A stretch of DNA of 64,000 nt from Lytechinus pictus (GCF_037042905.1 NC_087251.1:47616001-47680000); one strand, 5' to 3'. Counted from the first letter of the stretch, positions 35,807 to 50,018 are shown. A program made the numbers and translations. Notes: a model not told the origin generated them from the sequence alone.

Positions 35807-38419
35807 CACAGAACACGTTCGAGAGGAGAGGGGGCATTTTTGGTAAGAATTGGCACTTATATATATATATACGAGAAAGGGCACTTGGTAACACTTAAAA
35901 CGGGTCTTCTTCAGGTGAAAGGGCACAGTACACGTTCGCGAGGGGACATTTTTCTTGCGTAAAAGGGCACTTTTTTTGGCTTCAAACAAGGGGGGCACTA
36001 TGCCCACCTGGCCCCCAGGATCGTCGCCACTGATTTGCACACACGGTTCACAAAGAACTGAAAAAAACCCAAATCTTGAAAACCATTTTATGAATTGACC
36101 GTTTTCATGAAATTCTATGTCATTTTCATAATCTTAATTTTGTTTTGTTTGCTTTTGCTCTGAGGCGTTTTTGTTTGGGTTTCTTAGCCTTGGTCTGTAT
36201 TTTCATGAGAAAGGCGACCAACCAACCAACAATCGTATTTTCGTCAAATCATTTTGTTTCAATGCGTCACAATATCATCAGGAATATAAGGTAAATTTCC
36301 GTTTGGTCTCATTAAATGAGCATTAAGAATTAAATGAGAATTGTTTATGATTTTTTATGAACCAAATTTTCATTTGACAAAGCCCAAAATAATAAGATAT
36401 GAAAAATGAGACCATCTGGGCATTAGGTTAATCGGCGATTAGTACACCGTATAGACCAAATGGCAAGTGACCCGAATCGATAGTAGACCAAATGGGTCTA
36501 CTATCATTCTCATAATAGGTTTATTCTTAGTCTAAACTAGAATTTTAAATCACAGGTCTATGGAATGCTGGGCTTCATAATCATAGTTCGTCCATTTCGT
36601 GGCAATTATAACGTATCAATGAGTTCAATAAAAATTAATATGTTTGCATTTTTTATACTTCTCCTGTCATGACTTATTTAACAATTTGACAGTTTTTGCA
36701 GAATAAATGAGAATGAGATGACAACTGCACTCCATAAAATTTGAGGTCTAAGCTAACTTAACCCAGGTTTAATTATATCATGGCTATCAGAATACCACCG
36801 AATGGGTTTAATTAACCCATGTGGTACCAGACTATAAGAGAAATAGACCAACTGCTTGTAGGCCAAATGAATATTAACCGAATGGAATACAGCCATATCT
36901 ATTAACAATCCCTAATCGATCACGGTATAACAAAAGATGCCAATCAATAACTATTCTCAACCTTTTTTATTTCACTGCTTTCGACGTCGAACGTTTAAAG
37001 TCAGAAAACGAGTGACACAAAGGAGGCTTTCGGGTTCCTAAATATATGTTGTTTGTCAAACCAAATTGTACATGCAAATAAAGAAACAATGGTGTCTGAA
37101 CAGAGAGGGGTTTGATTTTCCAATTGTAGGTATGAATAATTAACACCCCGTTGTGGTATGCCTTCTGGAAAGTGTTTAAGTGCTCTCGTGGTGTTATCTG
37201 ATATCATTACTTCTGTCAGTAATTTACACACCGTTTTACTGATATAATCATTTCATATTGCGTGAATATAAATGTTAAGCTGTCCATACTATTATAAGGC
37301 TCATGTGATGGAATGCAAATTATGAGAATGTGTATTTATTAGTGGTGATTGTTCTGCCCGTTAATCATAATTTTACTATCATTTTCTTTCACAAGGAATG
37401 GTAGTCATTTGTGGTAAAATAGACTTGAAAGACAGATACCACACCCCTCTTCATTAGCACGTTCGATAAATCCAAATTTACCTTTTGTAAAAAACAAAAG
37501 TAGTTGTTATTCGGGGCCTTTGATTTAACACTTACGATTTTAGAGTACATGCTATGCCTTCTATGACAATTGTCACATTTACAAACAGCAATATTGTGCA
37601 GTGAAAAAGAGAGAAATGGAACGTTAAAGTAACTACTAACAGATCATAATATGCCACCTTTCATCAGTGACGATTACAACATTTATAAAAGCAATCTGCG
37701 TTTATGAGTAGTCTTGTTTTAGTTCCTTCTCGGTCCCTATCCCATTCTCCACTTCGATTAAAAATATTATTTCAACATAATTCACATTATCATTTATAGT
37801 TTTCTCTTTAAACATGTTTTCGGAGCTAATAGTACATTTTGAAAATTGATTTTAATAAAAGAAGATGAAAGAAAGAAGGTGATTTTCTCGACAAATGTAA
37901 ACATTTCAAAATAAGTCAGCTTACAACTTGTGGAAAAAAATAAGCTCAAAATATATGCAGACGACATGTTATCGTTGATCACTATATGGCTATCGATCTA
38001 ATCGATATTCATGAGAAAGAAGAGATTAACGACTCCATTATGGGTCCACGATAGAACAATGGATCGATGTCACAATGCACATGGCTGCCAGGAAAATACC
38101 ATATACTCAAAGTAAAGGAGTCATCGAACCAATTTCAAGGGTATTTTGAGGTAATGAAACAATTTTATTTCATTTGTGTCAGCGCGGATAATCGATAAAT
38201 CTAATGGTGAGATACCTTTCTCTATATTCATGGGGGTATTTTTCTCTGAATATTTGACCCGATTGATATTGACCTATGTATAGACATTGTAAAATTATCT
38301 TCGTTGAAATTTTTAAGTATTTATTCAGGTTTCCTCTCAGGGCTTCGACCTTTTCCATAAGTGACTCCAACTGTATGCCAGACCTGTTAATCATGGACTT
38401 AAACACTTTTATCTCCCGA

Positions 38420-38730
38420 ATCTCCTCCTCCTTCTTCTTAATTTTCTTCTTCTTCTTCTTCTTCTCCTCCTCCTCATCATCATCATCTTCATCATCATCA
38501 TCATCTTCTCTTTCTCTTTCTTGTTCTTCTACTACTTCATCATCATCATTCACATCTTCCCCTTCTATATTATCATATCATTATCATCATCATCCTAGTT
38601 ATTTTTATCATTATCATCATCATTATCGGTGTTATTCTTATTATCATTATCATTTTTATTATTATCATTATTATTATTATCATTATTATTGTTATTATAT
38701 TATCATTATTGTTATCATATTTGTCATTAT
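38420..38730. repeat. Compound trinucleotide microsatellite (CTT/CAT/TAT)
   Basis: Directly visible. Confidence 0.9.
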
Positions 38731-40438
38731 TCATGGGTTGCGACTTTGATTTTTTTTCTCCAAATCTGTACTATTGCAACAAGTCATTTCGTAAATTCTA
38801 ATCACTTATATACAACATTATCGTGACAAGTACATAAACATGATTGTAAAAAATAATCAACGAATTGATGTTGGAGAGAAACACGTGACAAACTGCTATT
38901 GATATTGCCCGATGAGATGACTAAAAATAAGATCACTGTATACCAGTGTAGTTAATCATAAATATCGCAAGTTCTTGGATACATTTATTATACAGGTGGT
39001 ATGTTTAATCTCTTAAATTGCTTTCCATAGTTCGGGGTTACAATGCACTTTAATACGCAATATTGAAAGTGTAAAATAACAATATGAAAAGAAAAATCAT
39101 AAACAGTGTATAGAGCGGATTGAAGCATTATCTGTATAACCATCTTATCTGTCATTTAATTGCTATCCCTTTGAAAATTGCTAGGGCGATTCAATACTTT
39201 TCTTGTTATATAATAAAACATTGAACCTCAAATTTAATTTTGAATGATATAAAAGCGATGTATTAAGCAGCTTTCACATGATATATATCGGCTGAAAGAG
39301 ATTGGGCGTATCTATCCATAAACACAAATGCACTATAATTGGGTATGGTAATTCATGTAACTATATAGGATCGTAAAATACTTTTTTTATTTTGGAGAAT
39401 ATAAGTCGCGGAAGGTGAGGAAATATTTGACGAAATAGCTTAAGAATGTTTTTTTGTTTGTTTGTTCTTGCTTATATTTTTAATCAAACAAAAATGAGAT
39501 GTGTTCGGATGTAGATTCAGTGTTTACTTCCCGATTGGCTGACTGAGCGAAAAACTTTTGTTTAACATGTTTTGTCTCGTAAGAAAACATTTGGTTCAGC
39601 CGTTTGGTTATTCACAGTGTAATTTATCATCTGATTGATATTCCGTAACGGTTGGCATCTCTGGTATACGTATATATACCTCCATTTCGCTTTGAGAAGC
39701 AAAGCATGTCTATGTACGGTTATTTGTTTAGAGTACCTCAAATTCTTGGAATAATTTCACATTTACAATGTCTCTTGATTTGTCAATCATATACAGCTAT
39801 GGGATTTATTTTCGATAAAATGGTTTTATGCTGTAAAATAATGTAACGAGAAATAAACTACGAGATACGAAGGTTTTGTACTTTGTGTTTTTGTTATTTA
39901 TCAGTCAATATAATTTGTGAACTAATTATCATCTCTCACTTTTGGTTATTTGGTGGTGAAACGAGCGGGGAAGTATCTATTTTTTCTTAATGTTTCAATT
40001 CTTGATTTAAAGTTCCAATCTTAATCTATCTTTTTAAATAAAGAAGAACAAAAATAAAATCCTTGATCAAGATCTAAAAATGGAAAATTGGAAGAATACA
40101 TTCAGCATGTTCAGAATCAATTTCACATTCAGTTCAAATGCATGCATGAATATCTAATAGTTACAGAGAATTACCACTAATTACCATTTCTGGATAGACG
40201 ACCTTCAGACAACATTCCATGCACTTTTGATTAACATAGTATATGTTGGACCATGGATCCTATAGAACTAGTGAGATCCAGCATGGTTGGACTCAAACGA
40301 TGTTAAAAGCTATATTAAAAAGCTCTGAAAATCAATTAATCGAATTGCTAGTCACCGTCGCCATCGGGCATCATGTTACATTAGAGCAAGATCTTTCAGG
40401 GTGAAAAACGAATACGGTGAATGATAGTAATGATAATA

Positions 40439-40677
40439 CACAGCAAAAACTGTGGTGTTAACCGGTGTACATAGAGGACCACACCACTTATTTTACACCG
40501 GTGTTAAATTGGTGGTATTAGTTTTACACCTATAGGTGTTATTACAACACCTATGGTTGTTACATTTACACTCTTTGGAGTTATGTTCAATCTCAAGGGT
40601 GTTATTTTAACACCTCAGGGTGTGGTCCTCTATTAACACCAATTGGTGTCAGTTTTAACACCACAGTTTTTACAGTG
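40439..40677. mobile_element. CAC(A/T)G..CAGTG MITE, 2-bp TSD TA, ACACC repeats
   Basis: cacagcaaaaactgtggtgttaa / ttaacaccacagtttttacagtg. Confidence 0.85.
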
Positions 40678-41544
40678 TAGTAAAATTAACAAATTATGGA
40701 TTGGCATGCAAGTTTAATCACTATGAAAAACCGCCAAAAATAATAATTTCAGAAGTTCCCATGGCGATCAAAAATCAGGCTTCGTTAAGGCAATCGTGTT
40801 TATAGACAAGGAATGGAGAATGTTGTCTTCCTTTAGCAAAGAAAAAAAAGTTCTTTATTGATTTTATTTCTCATTTTTACATTGCGAGAGTTTGTCACAC
40901 ATTTCTTTCGTGAAAATCAATATCTTACAGATTTGTCGATCAATTAGTTTCGAGTTTTTCGTTTGTGATGTACTATATTACGTGTGTCTCACGACCTTTT
41001 CCTTAGTGATTGTGATGGAATATAATTATTTTCCACACTCCCCTTCCTCCTCTCCCCCACTGACGCCCCCTTCTCTCTCTCTTTCCATCTTTCTCTTTAT
41101 CAATGTCTGTTGTGCTGCAAATGCTGTGTGTGTCTCTTTCTCATTCTCCTCTCCATATATGCACATATTTTCTTGAAAGCTTCTCTCTTGCCAACTTACA
41201 TTAACCATGTTAACGATAGACGAATGCACTTTCGTGATTTGCGTCTAGTTTGCCTTGGTAACGAGGTAATTAAAAAAAAGAAAACATTACAATGTGTCAA
41301 GACGTAGACTTGAAGACTATCAAATGTCGTAAATGCCTTTTCTTTTAAAGATAATGTCTGAATGTTAGAATTATGGTGTACACGAGCACATCGACAAAAC
41401 CAGCAATTTTAGGGGGATTTATATATTTAATCAAGTTTTGGGACAGGCAGAAAAGGTCACATAAGAAGATGAACGAATACTTGGAAAGGAGAATGATGGG
41501 GTAAATAATACACATTTTAACGAAGTGGAAGATCAATAGACGAA

Positions 41545-41545
41545 G

Positions 41546-41587
<42 letters not shown>

Positions 41588-41890
41588 GGAGGGAGAGAGA
41601 GAGAGGGTGGTGGGGGTAAATTATGTTCAAGATGAAGTGAGGAAAGATACGAAGACAGGTAGATGGATAGATATATAGGTGGAAAGATAGATAGATAGAT
41701 ATGCAGATAGACAGACATATGATATTGTATAGATAGAAAGATATTTAGATAGGATCATAGATAGATAGATAGGTGGAAAGATAGATAGATATGCAGATAG
41801 ACAGACATGTGATATTATATAGATAGAAAGATATTTAGATAGATTAGATAGATAGATGTATAGATAGATAGATGTAAATAGTTAGATAAT
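41545..41890. repeat. (GA)n and (GATA)n microsatellite with an internal ~95-bp duplication
   Basis: Directly visible. Confidence 0.9.
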
Positions 41891-44800
41891 CAAATGCTGA
41901 GTAGTAAATATGAGGGGATGGGGAGGTATTTTCACAATGGACACGATCAAAATGTGATTTCACTCATGATTTTATTTTATTGCGTAGGTGTAGTCTATAT
42001 ACTCTTTTATCTTCTTCCATAATTTCTCCTCCGCTTATCAAATTTTCTTCCTATATTTCACTCATTTAAAAGTCATATAGGGTGTGTTCTCCCCTGCTGC
42101 CCCCCCCCCCCTCACCGTTTCTGAGAGGGAGATATAAAATGGCAATCAAACGACAATGCCAGACTAATAAGAGATAGAAATGACAATAGACTGTATGTTT
42201 CTATGTAACGGTATCTTCATTAGGTTCTAATTAACTTTTCACACCAGAGCAGCAATGCCAACCTTCATCTGTGATGTTTTATTTGATTGACACGACCTTA
42301 TTGATACTCAAATTAAGCAACATTCCCTGTGACAACACCTTCATACTGTCAACACATTATGAATGTTTGCCACCTTCGATGTCCATTTCAGTATATATAT
42401 TAAAAAGGATAAGTAAAAGGTTAATAAACCCAAATCATACAGTATATGTGCAGTTTAGTGCTTAAACATATAAAAATATTGTGTAAAAAGTAATTCTTTA
42501 TTGGTTTTGATTTGCTCGCAACTTGTTCAAGAGATACATGTAATAATTGCTATTTTCTTTACGTCAAAAGAACTAAAGTTATTGAAAAATGAAAATCACT
42601 GAATACAAAACAGACAATGTTTTCTTTTCATGTTATAACTTAGCCATATCGAGTCTTTATCGGTCAATTAGGGGGTCAGTAGGCCCCTCCCTTTTTTTTT
42701 CATTTTATTGGTACGTCTCAAAACTGCATATGTTATGCAGTTGATGCATTTTTTACAATGGAAATGATTTATCATAAAATGTACTTTGATGATTGTGAAT
42801 ATAAATATCTTTACATAAAATTCATAAGGGAAACAATGTGCTTTCCCCAAAATTTGAAGATACCGGTGAACAACTCAAGAAACCGTCAACCATAATCATA
42901 AAACAGCTAAATCGCCAAGTTGAATACTGATGGATGATATAGGTCAGGTCACGGTTGCGACGTGTAAGGTCAATATGAGCTGATGAGTATATGGGTCCGA
43001 TCGAGAACCCATTGTGATCTTGAACCTTAATAATTATGATGTTCTTGCCCACGTCAACGATGGAAGAAAGTGGAAGGATGTTAAGAGGACAGAGGAAGGT
43101 GTGGAGAATGAGAGAATATTGTAACAGTCTGTGGCAAGATCTGATCAATCTTTGTGCAAAATTTGACAGCAATTGTTATTCTCCTTGTTTGGGGAGGGGT
43201 GGTGGATGTGGTTCGAAGTGCAGGAAGGTTCATTTTGTTTGGCAGATGATTTTGTAGATCTGTTGTTATTCGAATGACGCAATGTTTAATCTGCATGAAT
43301 TATGATTTTGACCGACAAGTCGAATTCTATAATATTTATGATGCATATTTCAAAGATAAACACTGGTCAAGTCGAATTCTGTCATATTTTTTATGCATAT
43401 TTCAAAGATAAACACTAGCCTAATACTAGTATAACCTCGTATTAGAGTTGAAAAGTTGAAGAGTTAGAGTTGAAAATCCGGGTTGAAAATATTGTTAGAT
43501 CTTTTTGGTCTAGCAGAATTGATCACCCTGCTTAATACCAATAAAATTTTCAGTTAAAATAATAAGTTATATAATATTACTTAATAATATCAATTTCAAC
43601 AAAAACTTGTTGATAGGAATCTTGAAGCTGTATATCTGCGTAACAACATTCTATCTGTAGTCGAATGTGCGTTTTAAATTCAAACTGTTTGAACTACCGT
43701 CTCACACAAATAAACTCCAGTAGAATCTAACAGTCGAAAGATACACAAGTGAGATACTAAATACCCTTTCAGGACGTTCTTTGCCCGGATAAGAAGGGCT
43801 TAGCAAACACGACAAATCCGAGTGAACAAACAACCATTCCTGGGACGGGTGGTGTATTGTTAATCACCAAGGTAGGACAAGACAGTTTCAGAATGGACCC
43901 TTAAAACATTTCGATGGTGATCTTTTCTCACCTGTGTTATCTCATTCCGCAAATCGCCTCCCGCTTCGTGTTCGGGGTCCTCCATCTTCAAGCTCCTGGA
44001 GTTGTTGTCCCCTCCTTTTGTAGTAGTAGCTCCTGTAGTTCTCCAAAGTTAAAAATCTCGAAACTTCATCAGCAAAAAAATTGTGCGCTTCGAACACAGA
44101 CCATTCCCCCTTCTCCCTCTCCACGACACACGCACGTTCTCGCGAGTTTGATTGTTGTAAACAACACCAGTTTCGAAGAGTCTCTTTTCAATGAAAGACA
44201 AACTTTAGAATGGGTGATTGGGGGAGGCTTCGCTGAAGCGTGTTAAGAATTCTTTTGTCACCCCACCAAGCTATTGATAATTCAATAGTTTCATCAATGT
44301 GCGTCAGGGGATGACTCCATCCTAAAAAGTAGTTGGCAGACAGTTATTTTTTCAATACCAAACGTAAACCATGCAAGAAATCCAACTGGTCCCGTTTGAT
44401 GAAAAGATGGAAGATACGGTTTGTCCAATTATCTTGAGGTCCCGTAGTTTATCAAGACGATAAATTTTACACGGCTGATTCTCATTGGGCTCTCGATCTA
44501 TCTCACCTAACACGTGAGAGCTGGAGATGCGAGCTTGTGAAATTCGACTGGTAGAGTGGCTTAGCGGGGTGCGCAGTGGTGCGTAACCCTTAGCAACCAC
44601 CGACGCCATGCTGAAACAAGCGGTTTTTCTCTGGGCATGTTCTCGGATTTGCATGCCGAACATAACCTTTGGTTCTTTTCCTCTTTTTTTTTAAGGGGGG
44701 GGGGGGGGGCTTATTCCTTGAGAAACTATTTCCAGAAATACCAACGTTTTTTCCATCTGTTCAAATTCTTGTTAAAACATTTGTATTTAGGCCTAGTTGC

Positions 44801-45083
44801 GTTTTAATTACTTCCTCTTTCCGAATCTCTCTCTTTTCCGATTCACTTTTGGCACCCCTCCATCGTTTCACTTCCGCTCTCTCTCTCCCGTTTTTCTCTT
44901 CTCTCACTCACTTTATTTTCTTTCTCTTCATCTGTCTTTCGAAAATGATCTTCCTTCATTCCACCTCACTTCTCTTTAAGCACCATCCATGACCATCATA
45001 ATTACCCCTCAATTTATATATTCATATTCTTAAACCTGCTATCCCCGGCTCGATCTCTCATTCATTTTCAAGATTCAGTTCCA

Positions 45084-45327
45084 CACTGCAAAAACTCCGG
45101 TGTTGTTTTAACACCAGCCCGGAATCTATATATGTCCACACCAGAGAAGTGTTAAACAACACCGGTTTGGTATTAGTCTAACACCAGATAAGTGTTTATA
45201 TGACAATAATTAGTTTTAAAATAGCATCGGTTTGATTCCAAACTGGTGTTGTTTCAATATACTTCTCTGGTGTGGACATATATAGATTCTGGGCTGGTGT
45301 TAATTCAACACCGCAGTTTTTTCAGTG
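45084..45327. mobile_element. CACTG..CAGTG MITE, 2-bp TSD CA
   Basis: ~70-bp inverted arms. Confidence 0.85.
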
Positions 45328-46053
45328 CATTTATATAATATTTTCTTCATTATTATCATTTCTATAATATTATATCGTTAAAGTGTAAAGCCAATAAAAG
45401 GGTTAGGTTATTCTTTTGACAAAACCACAGGAATATCATTCATCATACCATAACTGGTGTGGATACAAAGTTTCATGTTTCTCACTTAACCTTATCAGGG
45501 GCCAAGGACCCGGGATATTACTTTTAATCATTCAGTTGTTTTGATTGTAAGTTTACTTTCCTTCATCAGCTTTTAGTAAGAATGTGTATTAAGGTCTTAT
45601 TTTACCACTATAATAGGCCTGTACTCGTCAACTTGCTAAGTTTTCATTCCGTTTGATATTGTGTTATTTCCTAATGTCCAAATGAAAATAAATATCAAAG
45701 TTTGATTATAAGAAAGTAAACAAAAAGACACACACACACGCAAACAAAGATTATAGAACGAAACTAGGTTTCATCATAACATTGAGTTGATTTATTCAAG
45801 TAATTAAAGATCATTTTAATACCAATACACAATAGCATTATTCACTTTGACTTTGACAATATGTTTTTCCCCTACATAATCTATCTCGACATTCATCCTT
45901 TTGTAGATGCCAGACAAAATTAGAAATGGTCAACTTTAATTTACTATTTGAATACAATGACAGTGAAAGGTGCTGTTCATCCATTAGGAGAAGTTGTTTC
46001 GTGCGACGATAAATCAACTTCAAACATGGCATTATTCCGTGCATATTTTGATC

Positions 46054-46834
46054 TCCGAGACAGAAATAGAATCAGTATCATAGGAAATCCACGTAGATCT
46101 TACAATCTACGACTATATAGTACCGGTATTCATTAAAACTAAATTCAAGATGATTTCTTCTTCGTTACTTTTATATGGACTAACTTTGCTGGAAGAATAC
46201 ACCTTCCGAGACAGAAATAGAATCAGTATCATAGGAAATCCACGTAGATCTTACAATCTACTGTACGACTATATAGTACCGGTATTCATTAAAACTAAAT
46301 TCAAGATGATTTCTTCTTCGTTACTTTTATATGGACTAACTTTGCTGGAAGAATACACCTTCCGAGACAGAAATAGAATCAGTATCATAGGAAATCCACG
46401 TAGATCTTACAATCTACTGTACGACTATATATAGTACCGGTATTCATTAAAACTAAATTCAAGATAATTTCTTCTTCGTTACTTTTATATGGACTAACTT
46501 TGCTGGAAGAATACACCTTCCGAGACAGAAATAGAATCAGTATCATAGGAAATCCACGTAGATCTTACAATCTACTGTACGACTATATAGTACCGGTATT
46601 CATTAAAACTAAATTCAAGATGATTTCTTCTTCGTTACTTTTATATGGACTAACTTTGCTGGAAGAATACACCTTCCGAGACAGAAATAGAATCCGTATC
46701 ATAGGAAATCCACGTAGATCTTACAATCTACTGTACGACTATATATAGTACCGGTATTCATTAAAACTAAATTCAAGATAATTTCTTCTTCGTTACTTTT
46801 ATATGGACTAACTTTGCTGGAAGAATACACCTTC
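46054..46834. repeat. Tandem array of five ~156-bp units
   Basis: Units start at 46054, 46205, 46361, 46519 and 46675 (151/156/158/156/~158 bp) and are nearly identical. Confidence 0.97.
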
Positions 46835-47235
46835 TAGTTCCAACCATAATTATTGAGGAATGGGCAGTTTGTAGACAGCACAGCATTGCTCATTTTATTA
46901 AATTAAATAATAAATATTTTGAAGAGTGACGGTATTTTTTAATTAAACTAAAATATGAATTATAAAGTCCGTTTCCTTCACTTCACGTTCAGTGATAAAT
47001 TTACTACACCGAGCCAAAGAGGGCTCACTGCTTTGCAGAATAAATTGCCTTATTGATCTTCATGATTCAAACCTTCGCTCATCGAACGGATGCGATGGAG
47101 CGCAGACGGGTATACCCTCAACCTCGGCTCGACAACAGTAGCATTAATATATCAGTGCAAATTATGATTCATATATAAAATGAAACACTTGAAACTTGAA
47201 TTGCATATTCTGATAGCCAAAATGATGAACATAAA

Positions 47236-48100
47236 AGGGGTACTCCAAGCTGAAAAGAATACAATTTGAACACTTAAGTAAAATTAAAAAAAAACAAAAT
47301 ACTGGAAATTTCATCAAAATCGAATAAGTATAACTAAGTTATTGCATAAAGTTTTGCATTGATTTGGGTAAGTTCGATGCATGGTCTTCATGAATATGCC
47401 ATGCAAGGTAATTTTTGTATTTTATTATATGAAATACTATTAATTCAAATTTTCTCCTCCAAGATAATAATTGGCATTTATATAGCGCTTTATCAATCTA
47501 CGACTGTTCAAAGCGCTTCACAATTATTATTACCCGGTCACAGGATTCATAGCATTTCAAGCAGCCTGTTAGCATGGTTAGGCGCAAACTTGCTAAACCA
47601 ACCACAATGACGGTTGTTTCCTACCGGTACCCAATTAGCACCTTGGTGAGAATGGCAAAGTGTGGATTGACGCCTTGCCAAAGGACGCTATAGACCATGG
47701 TGGGATTCGAACACACGACCCTCTGATTACAAGGCGAGAGTCAGGACCACTACACCACGGCGCTTCCAATTAAATGTTGTATTGACTATATACTGATCTA
47801 TGTAAATGATCATTACTGCTCCTTATTGTGTAACAATGGAGACATAATCATACACAATCATGAATGAAAATATCAAATATTTATGATTTCATTTATAACA
47901 TGAAAAAAGAAAGCGGGGACATGTATAATCAGCCCACCTACTGAATATTCATGACTAAGTGCAAATAATTCTCATGAAATATTACCAAAACTTAACAATT
48001 CAATACCTTTTTTTCTCTCTAAATAAGATTTTGATGAAGTATTCATCGCTTTGCTTTGTGATAATAGTTAGACATAATTATTTTTCAGTCCTAAGTTACA
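47236..48100. mobile_element. Degenerate Kolobok-like MITE (family of 11796-12331) split by a SINE
   Basis: Shared motifs gctgaaaa, aaatttcatcaaaat and atcagcccaccta.tgaatattcatgac. Confidence 0.65.
47464..47767 (-). mobile_element. Full-length tRNA-derived SINE (SURF1/SINE2-like)
   Basis: Minus strand: ggaagcgccgtggtgtagtggt (A box) ... gttcgaatccca (B box), core ..tgggtaccggtagg.., tail gcgctatataaatgccaattattat. Confidence 0.88.
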
Positions 48101-49400
48101 TTATAGATTTCTAGTATATGATGCGTTTATATAACGTGTAACACAATATACCAAACCAAAAATAACAAAATTTCACTTGTCAAGTGAAATCAAGTGAGAT
48201 CTGTTAATCAATGATTAACAGATCTCCAATATTGTTTCAGCTAATACCACAATTTAAAGGTAATAATCAAATTTAATAAGCAGATATAAAGATATTTCAT
48301 TGCGTTTCACCAGGCAAGTTTTCCAGTATTCATTCTTTGATATTTTCAATTAAGATAAATAAATTAGGATGGGTTGGGTACCAAAATTGCTTATTTATTC
48401 ATCTCGAGGCCCTTTGGCCTTCATTGACAAGCAGATAATCACGGTGATATATATTTTTTTCTGGGCCCCCATTTTATGATTTTTGGGTCTCCCCAACTGA
48501 GCCCCTAAAATCTTTTCTTGAAAAATCGGAATTGTACACGCGGGACAGGATGACTGAAGGGGTTAGGGTGGGTGGTAAGCGTTTACACTATTTTAAATTT
48601 TAAGCCCCCAATTATTAAGTAGATCCTAAAATGATCATATTTTCCTTCTTGAAGACTGAAGTAACTACTCTTTGCCACAATAAAGGTGAAAATCATGGTA
48701 AAATGCAGTAAACGATTTGGCCATAATCTTTTATCAACGTCTGCTGTCGTATCTTCATTATGACGATCAAAATTATATACTCAGATATTAGGTAGGCCTA
48801 AAAAAAATGTATTTTGACATCATGATCAACATCAAATGCATTATGAATATTTATGTTACACTAATTTTCAAATATCAATTTCGTATCGTTTTCTATTATG
48901 TACAATAGTCGTACTTTGACGCGATGATCAACATAAAAATATATTACATATACATTAATAATAATTTTACATCAATTTCTTAAACGCATTTCGACATGAT
49001 CAACAAAAAATGGAAATGAATAATTATTTTACAGTAATTTACAAACTATAAAAAAATCGTAACATTTTCTGTTATGGAATAAACGTATTTTGCCACGATG
49101 ATCAACATCGAAGCTACATGATGATCAACACCAATGCAATATGTATATATTACATTAATTAACAAAATACCAATTGCGTAGCATCAGCACCAAACAAATT
49201 TGTGGACAGGAGTCCAGACAGGCATAAATTGCCATGGTTGCATGACGTTTCCCAAACTGATGGGAAAAATAACAAGCAAATGGAAGAGGAATTTAACTTA
49301 ATGTCTAGTTTTCATCGAAGAATCGTTAGCTGAGCATAGATTTATAGTTGTTAACTAACCGCATGAAAGTATACAAGTTTGATTCGTGCCGTTGCCATGA

Positions 49401-50018
49401 CTAAATGTGAGGAAACCTTGAGGACGGTGTGTGATGCACAGGTTCGTCATCATCATCGTACAAAGATCGTGCTGTGTTCGTACTGTAAGGTCTTCTCATC
49501 GGCTGGTACGAAAGACCGCCCGTGGTCGGTCGGCTTTGTCCCGGCAACGACGACGGTAAAAACGAACTCGACGATTGCGATATTAAATAACCTCGCCTCT
49601 CTTCGTCGAAGCACCGTGGTGGGTATCCCGGTGGGGGCCCGGTATGTTTCCAAGCCTCTAAGGTCCTCCTTCTCAACAGGCCCATCTGATCCTTGATCTT
49701 CCGCCTCTCCGTCTCCTTTTCTCTCTCCGTGCGACGTCGGTACATCTCGAACCACTCCTCGACGCTGCTCGTCTTCCTCGCTCTCACTCCTTTGATGTCG
49801 CGCACCGCCCGCTTCTGCTCCGCGACCACGCCTTCGATCTTCCTGGTTTCCTGGCGGGACAGCGACTCGATGTCGATTGCGAGGCGTTTGCCGGCGGCTT
49901 CGTTCGTTCGCATGGTCTGGAGTTCGCTGACGCTGCTGGCTCGGAGCATGCTGGCGGGCATGATCTCCGAGCGAGTCATCGCGTTCAGACGGTTGGTACG
50001 AGATTCCAGCTTATCCAT
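49401..50018 (-). CDS. Uncharacterised intronless 205-aa basic, coiled-coil-rich protein (weak CCDC190-like N-terminal pattern)
   Basis: Long stop-free ORF in a GC-rich island with G/C-ending codons, against AT-rich flanks. ATG in good context (aaaatcATGg) with an in-frame TAA upstream; the ORF track's GTG start is not needed. Confidence 0.72.
   Translation of the reverse strand: MDKLESRTNRLNAMTRSEIMPASMLRASSVSELQTMRTNEAAGKRLAIDIESLSRQETRKIEGVVAEQKRAVRDIKGVRARKTSSVEEWFEMYRRRTEREKETERRKIKDQMGLLRRRTLEAWKHTGPPPGYPPRCFDEERRGYLISQSSSSFLPSSLPGQSRPTTGGLSYQPMRRPYSTNTARSLYDDDDEPVHHTPSSRFPHI

Larger units (their letters stand above)
33530..36032. mobile_element. hAT-type MITE with GGGCAC repeats, hosting a nested element
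   Basis: CAGGGGCGGCG..CGTCGCCACTG termini; TSD ATTTGCAT/ATTTGCAC. Confidence 0.8.

Noticed and set aside
38179-38826. Acidic/basic low-complexity ORFs
   Set aside because: Derived from a compound microsatellite; no splice or codon support.
46150-46748. Repetitive ORFs in the 156-bp array
   Set aside because: Frame broken by the 158-bp units; AT-rich with no homology recognised.
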